From assembly GCA_976226885.1 (NCBI GenBank), contig OZ320321.1, positions 15,748,001 to 15,812,000 on the forward strand: 64,000 nucleotides of DNA. The letters run 5' to 3'. Below the pieces are notes generated by a model. The model saw nothing but the letters and a program-made list of their open reading frames with translations. It ran no database searches and was not told the DNA's origin. A program made the position numbers and the translations under genes. Source of the stretch: Iphione sp. A-MEVVRFRX5 (taxonomy: Eukaryota). Positions 1-9,908 of the stretch are shown here, in pieces. Every line of letters begins with the position of its first letter. Positions within the stretch are counted from its first letter, which is position 1.

Positions 1-143
1 AAGATGAGGGAAATCATTGCTCCCATTTATCAAAACATTTTCCCCTTAATATTTTAGGAACTTTATATTTGATTTATTTATCAAAGGTTTCTTCTTTTTA
101 ACTAATTTTCAAAAAGGTTTATTGCATGATTATGTGACACACA

Positions 144-180
144 AGTAGTGTATAGTGAGCAACCCTAAGACACAGGTTTG
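144..180 (+). repeat. Left terminal inverted repeat (37 bp)
   Basis: agtagtgtatagtgagcaaccctaagacacaggtttg matches the reverse complement of 21794-21830 at 34/37 positions. Confidence 0.93.
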
Positions 181-270
181 TAAGTCACATGACTGGTCAC
201 ATGACCGCTCTGACTGGTCACATGTCCGATCAGATGACCGGAAGTCACGTGATTAGTCATGTGACTAGAA
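181..270. promoter_or_regulatory. Left subterminal array of GTCAC(A/G)TGAC E-box-like palindromes with a CCGGAAGT ETS-like site
   Basis: At least five GTCACATG/GTCACGTG-type motifs; TGACCGGAAGTCACGTGA (235-252) recurs inverted at the right end (21767-21784). The regulatory role is inferred. Confidence 0.55.
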
Positions 271-339
271 ATTATCTGGATGACTAACCTTTGTCCATGC
301 ACGACTAGAAATTATCTGGATGACTAACCTTTGTCCATG
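263..339. repeat. 37-bp direct repeat, 40-bp period, in the left non-coding end
   Basis: gactagaaattatctggatgactaacctttgtccatg at 263-299 and 303-339; shorter ACCTTTG echoes continue to about 465. Confidence 0.9.
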
Positions 340-921
340 TGCGATGTACTTAGAACTGCAAAGTAACCTTTGTCCATAAGTGCTGTACCTGTCCCGCTTA
401 CGTAGCTGCTAATACATGTTTGCGTTGTACTTGGACACTGCGCTGGCGTTTGACCTTTGTCCTTGTGCACTGTAGAAACTTGTCTTGGTTACTTGACTGT
501 ACTTGTCTTCTTGAGGTGACCTTTAACTTTGTAAATAAATGTATTCTTGGTAGTAATCATTGTTAATTATGTTATGTCCGTGTCCTTATTATTATCATGT
601 ATCGAATAGGATAGAGTTCATACTACTGTTTCCTTTGACTGTAAGGCACGTATTGTTGGCTCATGAGTACATACGATAAAGCTATGCGTGATGTTACATA
701 ATGTCACGATGGGAGGATATAGAGGGAGTATACCCGAACAAAGGAAGAGATATCATACAATAATATAGTTTATCTTAGATTAAGTCACGAACAATGAGAG
801 AGGCGTATCCAATTGTTGTTGATAATTATATATAAGCAAGTAAATTTGATGGAGATGAGGTCATTGCTACTTTTTCGAACGTTTTGTGAGGAATTCATTG
901 CTATCTAACCTAATAGATGAT

Positions 922-2030
922 ATGGAAGTCATATCAGAGAACGTTTCTGTGCAGGTTGTGGGAGACTTTGTGAATATTGAAAGAAAGCGCGGAGATTCAA
1001 CAGTAAGGAAGATAAAAATATCTAAACAACTTTTCATTACTGCTGATGAAAAATGGGAGAGTCTACTAGAAGGAGATCAAGTGAAGATAACGGTGAACCA
1101 CAAGATATGGGTAATTACACTCCAACCTTACAATGGTCGTGAGTATATCTGCTTTGGACGTGAAGCAAGGAATGGAGAAAAATTACTGTAAGTATAATAT
1201 ATATTTAATTGCGTATAGACTATATTACTATATGTGGTTAATATTTTGGATTTCATTACTCATTAACATATTTTAATGAATATATTTTTTTCAGTCATGC
1301 ATCATTCAATCTTACGGAAGATGAATGTGTGGACGTAATTGAACGAGTAAGGAATGGGGAGAAAGCATCTGAGGCAGCTACAAGTGATGATAGTGACCAG
1401 TCGTCTTCTATTCTTCAAAGTAAAGAGGATGGGCCATCTCCCCGGAAGAGGAGGAGGAGGAAGAAGTCCAGTGAGCCAAAACCACCTAAAGCTGTTAAAT
1501 ATCAGAGATACTCATTTCAGTTGATATCCTGTGTTGATAAAAGTACTGTAAATAGTGAACGCTCATTTATAAATCGAGAATTTTGTGTGACAGAGGGGAC
1601 AAAACTTCAAGGACTTGATGATATGCTTGAGTTCCCTACTGAGAAAGATTTAACTATTGAAGTTAAAGAAATCATAGAGAAGGTTTATGCCTATATGCTC
1701 CAATTTGAATATAGATTAAAGATCAAGGAGTGGTGTAAAGGATGTGAGACAAATGAGAACAATGAATTAGCTCACATTCCTGGATGTGTGCAAGTTCCAG
1801 AAGAAGTGGACAAAAGAGCCCTGCACGCAGCTCACGTTAGAATATCTGTAATGCGTTTAGCAAGTAAAATTATGTACAAAATTTATGCAGGTAATCAGGA
1901 AATTGTCGACAAGAAGATTCCCATAAGTGATTCTATGTGTAGTAAAATTATTTGTGAAGGTGAGAAAAAAGCGGAGGCTGCATTGGTTATGGAGTTTGAA
2001 CAAGATTATGATATGATAGAAAAGATGTAG
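922..2030 (+). CDS. Spliced two-exon Maverick gene: PC4/whirly-like ssDNA-binding domain(s), basic NLS-like stretch, and CxxC-x9-H-x3-C putative Zn site
   Basis: Exon 922-1187, GTAAGT...TTTTTTTCAG intron 1188-1294, exon 1295-2030. The phase-2 junction joins ORFs 886 and 1329 in frame (..PYNGREYICFGREARNGEKLL-HASFNLTEDEC..), resembling the PC4 motif V..F.G..YI.IR...G..KGISLT.EQW. CKGCETNENNELAHIPGC lies near the C-terminus. The fold assignment is by eye. Confidence 0.7.
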
Positions 2031-3196
2031 AGCATTGTATAAAATGATTTAGAACAATGTAGTTTGAACAAGATTTATTATATAGTCACTATTATCATCC
2101 ATATACTCTTGATTTAGTTCAACCAATACAACTACATAATCATGTTATAGTTTCTGAGGTAAACACCATCATTTGTTTACTCGAAGTTGGATTCATTTAT
2201 ATATATTGTAGATTAATCACTATAACGTCCTGTTTAAGAGTATACTAGGTTAATGCTAATCTAACATGTATTAAACATATACTATTGGATACGAGTATTC
2301 TGCAAATAAAGATATCTATACTACTAACGTACATATGAGGTGAAAAAGTTATACCCTTACGAAGGCAACTTATGCTGATTGTTACCTTATAACCTATACT
2401 TGTTATACTATAACAGTGAGGTAGGTATTGGTGTAAACATAATAAGTCATTAAGTGTTATATTCAAATAGACTTACCGATATATTGCTTTACTAAGGTTG
2501 ATGTATGATAGATGTAGGGTAATATCACTATTTGCGTTCTATATCCTTGTAGTAGAAGTAGTAATAGTAGTAGTAATAGCATAATGTGTAAAACTAAAGT
2601 GCGGTAGGTAGGTAACGTTAGCACACGATGACTTGACAAGTTCTAATGTAAAAAATCAATCAGATAATCATTGTACTATCATTACACAACTATTTTTCTG
2701 GTCCAACGTCCGTAACTCTTATCAGATCATATCTAATCATACATATCATTACTCAGTCGAATGACCAAAGTCTGATCACATTTACTATAGAGTTATACAA
2801 TCTTGATTCATATATTATCTGAATAAACAAACTAATGAATCACTGTGTTGTTCTTGAATATAGCTACATATATCAGTACGCTAAGGTTTATGAATGAACA
2901 AAAACAATAATATTTGAACCCAATCACTACTACTTATATATGGTTAAGCATTGAAATTACTCGTTGTTCTTAGTAAAGTAATATCAGAACACTTCAGCTA
3001 TAGGAATATATTGTCATATACGTATATGTCCGTTTTATCTGGATATCGTCCAATATATAGCAGATACGTCTCGAGGGGGATATATATATACATACAAAAT
3101 ATCCCTATATGCTATTGTGCATATGTGAACTTAATGGTGTAAGTTCGAACTAATTGTCCATCACAAATAAAAGTTCTGGTGGTTATAGTAGCTCAC

Positions 3197-3313
3197 GTAT
3201 GGTAGGTTTCCTCACAACAGATGTAATATTTGGAATGAGTCGTTCAGAGCCTGGTGGAATGCAGCAGCGCATGTCATCGTTTTTTACTGAAGAGATTTTC
3301 TTTTTTCTTTTAG
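3197..3313 (-). CDS. Probable internal exon (39 codons, phase 1-1), likely downstream part of the large minus-strand gene across the gap
   Basis: TATTTCAG acceptor and GTGAGC donor; open frame KRKKKISSVKNDDMRCCIPPGSERLIPNITSVVRKPTI; length 117 nt. Confidence 0.45.
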
Positions 3314-3448
3314 CTGAAATATATAATGTATAGTCAGTTAGTAGTGCAGTGTAATTAGCTCATTTATAGCAAGTATTTGGAGTATATATATATATATATA
3401 CATATCAATTGAGCAAACTAGATAATATATATGATGTTTATACTCAAG

Positions 3449-3676
3449 NNNNNNNNNNNNNNNNNNNNNNNNNNNNNNNNNNNNNNNNNNNNNNNNNNNN
3501 NNNNNNNNNNNNNNNNNNNNNNNNNNNNNNNNNNNNNNNNNNNNNNNNNNNNNNNNNNNNNNNNNNNNNNNNNNNNNNNNNNNNNNNNNNNNNNNNNNNN
3601 NNNNNNNNNNNNNNNNNNNNNNNNNNNNNNNNNNNNNNNNNNNNNNNNNNNNNNNNNNNNNNNNNNNNNNNNNNNN
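3449..3676. other. Assembly gap (N run)
   Basis: Run of n. Confidence 1.
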
Positions 3677-6183
3677 GAAGTGAACGTCTCGGGGGGCAAC
3701 CGCTTACTCGCCCATGGTGAAGATGGTGGATGGGATTTGTGGGAGGATCAAGCAGTGCGGTGTCAGATGAAGTAGAGGATAAGCTGTCTCGCCTCGGACG
3801 ACGGGAAGTGGGCGTAGAAGGCGTCGATTTGGAAGTTGGAATATCATCCTGGAGTGATTGACGCCTTGGTCGTAACTGATAAGGACAGAGAGTTGCAGTA
3901 TCCGAGACTGTAGATGAAATACTAGATCGTCTTTTACCACGGGCAGTTTTCAATGATGGGGTAGATGATGATGAGGAAGATGCTCCTTCCTGTATAGGGC
4001 AGTTTTTATGGTGTAAATGTTTGTGGGGAGTAGAAGTAGATCTCTCATTGCTAGGCCAAGTTTCATCTGATGGTACGTCATCGTAAAAATCTGTGGTAAC
4101 TGTTAAAGGTGGTACTTTTTTCATGACTTCTCTGATGCGCTCAATAATTGACTTTTCCATAACTGGCATTGGGGTTGGAAAAGTATTTGGTGTAGCACTT
4201 TCACTTTCATACGTGATGTCATCATATGAATCTTCATCCATGTCCTTGGGTGGTGTCCCTAGAACTGCTCTCATTTCTTTAATAACTGAAGATGAAATAG
4301 GTGGTGGTGGAATAGGGAATGTATCTCTTGGAAAAGAATTAGTTGCACTCCTCGTTGAAGTAAATTCATCCCTGTTAGGTGTATCTTTAAAAAATAGCGG
4401 TGGCACTTCCATGTTTTCAGTAGTTGTTGCTTTGCTTTCATTATCATATTTAAACATGGAGGTGGAACACTGAGCAGAGGATGAAGTAGTAGTAGTAGCT
4501 GTAGTTTCAGATTTTGGTGAAGGCGTATCAATAAAATTAGATACTGGAAGACCACCTTGTGACGGTGAATCAACTGGAGAATCTGGTGGTGATAAAGTCG
4601 ATGGTGAGCAATGGGTGAGGGTATCCTCGTTAATGCTAGTTTTGGGCTTCTTCGACGGAGTGGCTCCCGCTGTTGAACATCCAGAAGATATCTCAGCTAA
4701 CAGGGTGTGAGAGCTAGATGAAGTGGAGTCAGTAGAGGTTGAAATTGCATTGGTGGGAGGAGGTTCAGGGGTTATTTCTGTTACCGGGTTATGGGAATCA
4801 GATGTGGTGGTTTCCATATCCTCGTGTACAGATTCATGAGATGATTCTGGAGCTGGAGAACGAGGATTAGTAGGTTCTGTGTTACTGAGTGGAAATTCGG
4901 AGAATAGTTCTGTATCTATAGGTTGAATATCGGTCTCAGATGCTATTCTTGACAACAACTCCATCAAGGGAACTATAGTAGTCTCATCGTTGGAAGTGAC
5001 ATCAGTTTCTCTGAGGGTTGAGCGTAATTTTGATAATACATCTGAACTTGCGTTGTGAGATGAACTATCAGTAGCTGTTATTTCAGAATTGGAATAGTGT
5101 GCTCTGGTGGATGATGATGATGATGCTTCATTCTCGCTATCCATAGTTGCGGTGCGGGGTGTTGACGAGGAAGGGGTGGCTGATGGTGGTGGTGGTGGTG
5201 GTGGTGGTGGTGCTGTTGGACGCAGTGAGGTTAATGCTGAGCATGATGGTTTTACTTCAACTGGAGTAGAGCAGTGAAGTGGTCTGGCAGGTGCTGTTTC
5301 TTTTCTAATCTTTTTAGATAATGCAGCTGAGGCAGTCAATGATGTCTTTCCTTGCATACTTAAATCCACATCAGAGGGGAGCGGGTGGCTTGGGTGACAA
5401 AGGTCTGGTCGAAGTGCCCGCCTGGAGTTTGGTCTATAGACGAGCGAGTCACTGCTGGAGAAGGGTGCTGTTGCGGAAATATGAGAAATAGGGCTGGAAG
5501 AGGAGGAGGTAGAAGAGTTAAGAGTGGTAGAATTTGAAAATGGGGGGTCAATATAACTAGCACTAGTCAACCCACCTGGATTGGACATTAAATCAGAGAA
5601 TGGTGGTGGAATACCACACTTTTGATGGGATTCTTTATTAGATACGGTTTCGAATATTAGAGAACGTGGCAATAGGTGAGGAGGGCGGCCTTTTGGTGTT
5701 TGGGGTACAAATGGTGCTTTAATTTTCGGGGGAAAATCGACATCGTCACTTTCACAAGTACAATTTATTTTTTTACTTTTGGAGATTGGTGATGAACTTT
5801 TATGGTGGGGTTTCATAACCATGACAGTATCTGAAAAGTGGACACTAGGGCATTCATTTTTTGGGGTACGAGTAGGAGAGAACATAGAAGTGGTTTTAGA
5901 TGTATGACCATTTGAAATAGCGTTGGGGTGGGAAATAGTATTCAGCGGGATAGATTCAAATTCTGAAGAAGTATCAGATTTTAGGGACAAGGAAGCAACA
6001 GCACAAGAAGCAGTAGCAGTAGCAGCAATTGGGATGCGTGGCAGTGGTAAATTAACAATGGTAGCATCAGCAACATCATCAGCAGTAGCATTGGAGGAGG
6101 AGGAGACACTCACAGAAGCGTTGGGTGAGGGCGATGATGATATTGATGATGAAGTCAAAGCGGGGCCATCAAATCCAGTACGG
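3677..6183 (-). CDS. Large Ser/Thr/Pro-rich disordered coding exon (>835 codons, runs into the gap); probable exon 2 of the LRR-TM gene at 6641-7399
   Basis: Uninterrupted ORF whose first Met is about 120 codons in; polypyrimidine-CCTTATAG acceptor at 6184; poly-Pro and repeated RRxS motifs (KRRSSISSTVSDTA, RPRRQSL, RPRRDSLSSTSSDTA). Confidence 0.8.
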
Positions 6184-6640
6184 CTATAAGGGGATACATA
6201 GAGGAAATAAAGAGTGGGGGGAGATTTTAGTATCAGTTTATTAATAGTCAATATAAATAATCAATTAATTAGCCAAATAATTGTGTTGCGGTAACGTCCA
6301 CAACAAATATGTACTGTGAGAAAACACATATCTAGGAAATTGGCCCCTTGGAAATTCCAGAGCGAAAATTTGGTAGGACGAGTTTTACTAGGTAAGGGAT
6401 TTTGACCTTATAATAATATATAATTCTGGCTAGTTTAATTCATGAGACTTAGGTGAGAAGGAAAACACATTTTTACATGTTTTATCTATTCTTAATTGAG
6501 GTCCCTATACCATGGTCAGTTTTTATTTTGAGGGGAGCCCCCAGGTGTTTCTTTAATACAAATTGGTTATAATGTTTAGCAGTTTGTCTTAATTGTTTTT
6601 TTAAATACACCTAATATAGTAGATTAATAATAATTAATAC

Positions 6641-7399
6641 TTACGCTTGGTCCGGAATTGGGGGAGGAGAAGGTGTGTCAGCACGGTAGAATGTGGTGTC
6701 ATTGTTTCTCTCGGAAAGTAGCCATCGAGTATAAATTTTATAGCGCATACAAGGATACGCAATGGATGCACTAACAAGTAGCAATAAGATGGTGCCAGTT
6801 ATTATAAACATAGCCAAGTCTGAAGACGGGAGTGAGGCTGAAGAGCGTGCAACTTCGTCGTTACCTCCACTGTTGGATAAAGTGTGGGTTAAAGGGGTGG
6901 AATCCGCCAAATGTCCATGTTTGGTTACTATCATAATAGTCCGAGTGATTTTAATTCCTCTACTTTCCGAATTGAATGATCCGCGGGAGGATTGAGTTGG
7001 GCTCTGCTCACTGACAGTCGTATGTTCCAAAGACAGTTGTTCATTAATGACACTATCTGGGGGAGTAGAGTCTGTGCTTACGAATGAAATCTTGAACATT
7101 TCTACTCCATTAAGACTTATAGCTTCAGCTTGCAATAAGTCTGGGAAGACACGCTGGAGTTGTTGACGTAAAGATGCTTCATTATCCACTATGTAGGGAG
7201 CGTTCAGGTACAAGTAATAGTATCCCGGATAAGTGCGACGTAGTGAAAAAAAATAGCTAGTTGCTAGTGAGTTGCAATGTATGTTGTTTTTCAAACATAT
7301 GCATCGTCTGCACAGTTGAGTATGGCATGATACTGGTTGGGTTGATATCATCAAAAACAAGACAATTCCAATGAATATCCAACCTTTAAAGCGTAACAT
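6641..7399 (-). CDS. Type I membrane protein A: signal peptide, LRRNT-like CxxCxC-x6-C cap, degenerate LRR, Ser/Thr stalk, TM helix
   Basis: MLRFKGWIFIGIVLFLMIS.. (signal); CRRCICLKNNIHC; YYYLYLNAPYI; TM LAMFIITGTILLLLVSASIAYPCM. The stop codon lies inside a GTAAGT donor (6644-6639) that is in phase with the acceptor at 6184. Confidence 0.8.
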   Translation of the reverse strand: MLRFKGWIFIGIVLFLMISTQPVSCHTQLCRRCICLKNNIHCNSLATSYFFSLRRTYPGYYYLYLNAPYIVDNEASLRQQLQRVFPDLLQAEAISLNGVEMFKISFVSTDSTPPDSVINEQLSLEHTTVSEQSPTQSSRGSFNSESRGIKITRTIMIVTKHGHLADSTPLTHTLSNSGGNDEVARSSASLPSSDLAMFIITGTILLLLVSASIAYPCMRYKIYTRWLLSERNNDTTFYRADTPSPPPIPDQA

Positions 7400-7939
7400 T
7401 GTGAGCGTCGTTCTTCCGGATGAAGTTCAAAATGAAACCGGGTAACACAGGCACGTGTTGTTTCGCATAAAAAAGACAGCTCTAATAACCGCGTAACAAT
7501 CCAAGATACCTATGAGAACTTGTATCTGGATTAATTAATCGATGAAAAAGTCAGGGAGTATCGAGTGACCAAGTCCGAGAATAATCCGAAAATCCAGTTA
7601 GCAGTATCAACATAAGCGGATATACTCGCAAGTAACAAGCTCCATCCAATAGCAGACGGTCGTGTCACTAGGATCACTATCACGCAACTGTCCCAGAAAG
7701 AGAGAGAGTAACGAGTTTTCAGGGTAATTTAAGAGTCTGTGTCGGGAAAGATGAGAAGAGGAAGGGGGTGGGGTAATGATAAGATCGGGCAATAAATAAA
7801 TTAATCCCACCAGTCCCTAGATAAAAGAGATGCCGCGAAGTAATCCTATCTCAAATAGGGAGAGAGGGGATAGTTGAAGCACATTACTACACAGGTTGGG
7901 AAGTGAACCAGTCGTAAAAGTGAAGGACTCTAAGGCAGG

Positions 7940-8753
7940 ATGGAAACGAGAATTATTACAATACTACTTCTGTTAGTTACTTTGGATTCACTCAACACCA
8001 TGGGAGAGATCTTTAGATGTCCAATCAGGTGTGGAAGATGTCAACCTCCTCTGATGAGATGTCGAGGGGATATTGACCCATTTACTGTGAGATTTGCTCC
8101 TGATGAGCTCATGGAAAGGACTAGACTGGGGTGGCTGTCGGATACAAGAAGTAAGAGAAGAAATCTTTCAAACATTTAAGAACGTAAAATTTATTGATAT
8201 TAGACATCAAGGAGTTGTTCTTAAATGTGAGACATTGTCACGAGTGCCATCTCATGTAAGAATTTTTTCAGATTGTAAAAGCTTATCAACAGAAAGTCCC
8301 ACTCCATTATTGACTACCATTTCTTCTCACTCGAAGCACCCGACCATACTATCTTCCATTCGCGCTATAACTACATTGATTGAGTCGACTGTCACCCAAA
8401 GAAAATTTGTCACTACGAAATCTTCTTTATCATCTCAGACAACGATTAATAATCCATCCCCAGATGGACAATTGACGTCTCTTCCTCCTTCAAAGTGCAG
8501 TAGTTGTACAAGTAGTGAAAATAACTTTTTATCAACAATTAAGATTGATTTACCATCTACTTCAACCAAAGGGAGCGTGGATAAGACAAACGGAGAGAAC
8601 AAAGGCATGGGGAAAAGTAAAGTTAGCTCAAATGAGAGCAATAAAGGATTTGGGATACCAGTACTAGCAGGGGCAGTTTCAGTGGCTGTATGCTCCGTGA
8701 TAGCGCTAGGTGTAACATGTTGGTACTGCATTACTAAATGCAAACAGTTTTGA
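7940..8753 (+). pseudogene. Type I membrane protein B: signal peptide, LRRNT, LRR, Ser/Thr stalk, TM; split by a +1 frameshift near 8118
   Basis: ORF 7940-8179 (signal peptide, CPIRCGRCQPPLMRC) and ORF 8094-8753 (LDWGGCRIQEVREEIFQTFKNVKFIDIRHQ, stalk, TM VLAGAVSVAVCSVIALGVTCWYC) fuse into 270 aa if one G is removed from GAAAGGA. Confidence 0.75.
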
Positions 8754-9409
8754 ATGTGGAAAATAGAAGAAAATGAGAGGAAAAAAAGAAGGAGAAGGAG
8801 AAGGAATTTACATCGTCATCAGGATAATTCATCATGTGAGGTAAGTATACATCATTATAATATATGTAATATATGTATTAACTCCTTCGTCTTTTCCTCA
8901 ATCCTTCCTCCCAATTGGCTGTTATTGCAAACTTGTATATTTATAATATATATATATGTTCACGTTACATATATTCCATTTATATGTTATAATGAGTCTA
9001 CATATATATACCTATTAATTATTTTAGGAAGACTTTTCATCAACGCCAAGAGACAACGCAAGGAACAGAAGAAATGTAAGTATAGATATATACTCAATAT
9101 TTATTCATAATATTATTATTAATGTTCATATATATCCACATCAGTACAATGCATATAGTTATAAGTAAGAGAGAGCACTAGTTTATTTAATATATATCAG
9201 TATATTCAACACACAGTAACAATACAATATTATGGATATAGAGAGCTCACTTTTAATTCAATACATATCATATCTAACGAGTGTCATAATTATCATGATA
9301 TATATAATGCATAATATAATTTTCTTTCCCCCGCTTCACCACCACTATAACTATTGGTCAGCTGATTGTAATGGAAGACATGGCAATGGGAGAACATGTA
9401 AGTATGTAA
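8754..9409 (+). CDS. Three small phase-0 exons (8754-8840, 9028-9075, 9362-9409): Arg-rich tail of protein B beyond an in-frame TGA, or a separate micro-gene
   Basis: GTAAGT donors at 8841 and 9076; TTTTAG and GGTCAG acceptors; reads MWKIEENERKKRRRRRRNLHRHQDNSSCE-EDFSSTPRDNARNRRN-LIVMEDMAMGEHVSM*; ends 5 bp from the convergent protease stop. Confidence 0.5.
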
Positions 9410-9414
9410 AGTTA

Positions 9415-9908
9415 TTAAAAATACTTATAATTCATTACAACAGCACGGTCATTAGCTCCCAAATTTGAATCAAATGACAAAATAAAATCGTTAAATGATT
9501 CCCCTCTCATCCTTGCATGAATGTAAGCAAGGCAATAGTGTCCACATACAGGTTTGTCACCTTGTATCCTAGTGACAGAATAAGTGTAACTGGGAGAATT
9601 AGCGACCAAAAAATCACGAATGCGCGCACGATGATTTTCAGGCGGCATCCCTAATGAATCAAAAACTCCCCAGGTAAACGATCTCCATTCGCTTTCAGAG
9701 GTGGGAGTAGTATGACAATCCAGTGTAGTCCCGCACAGTTCAAACAATCAGTATTAACAACAAACACATATGGCGATTCCTTTGGAGGGGGAAGCGGGGT
9801 TGATGGTAAAACCTCAAATGATTCAACCCATGGCGTATCCGTGAATTCAGCTAAACGTCTTTGTATATCATTGCTTGATAGTGGAGAATCAAGTGGTGAC
9901 GGTGACAT
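9415..9908 (-). pseudogene. PRO: Adenain-like cysteine maturation protease, 1-nt deletion frameshift at 9661-9665
   Basis: N-half VNTD...GLHW (catalytic His); C-half FDSLG...Q...CGHYC (Asp, Gln, Cys). Adding one T to the T5 run restores GEFFDSLG and a 164-aa ORF. Confidence 0.92.

Noticed and set aside
181-340. CRISPR-like or att-like array at the left end
   Set aside because: Eukaryotic context; the repeats have no unique regularly sized spacers and there are no cas genes.
3409-3775. ORFs spanning N runs (also 53020-53352 and 53808-54220)
   Set aside because: Artefacts of translating assembly gaps.
9655-9675. Programmed ribosomal frameshift in the protease
   Set aside because: No canonical X XXY YYZ slippery heptamer; a one-base loss in a homopolymer explains it more simply.
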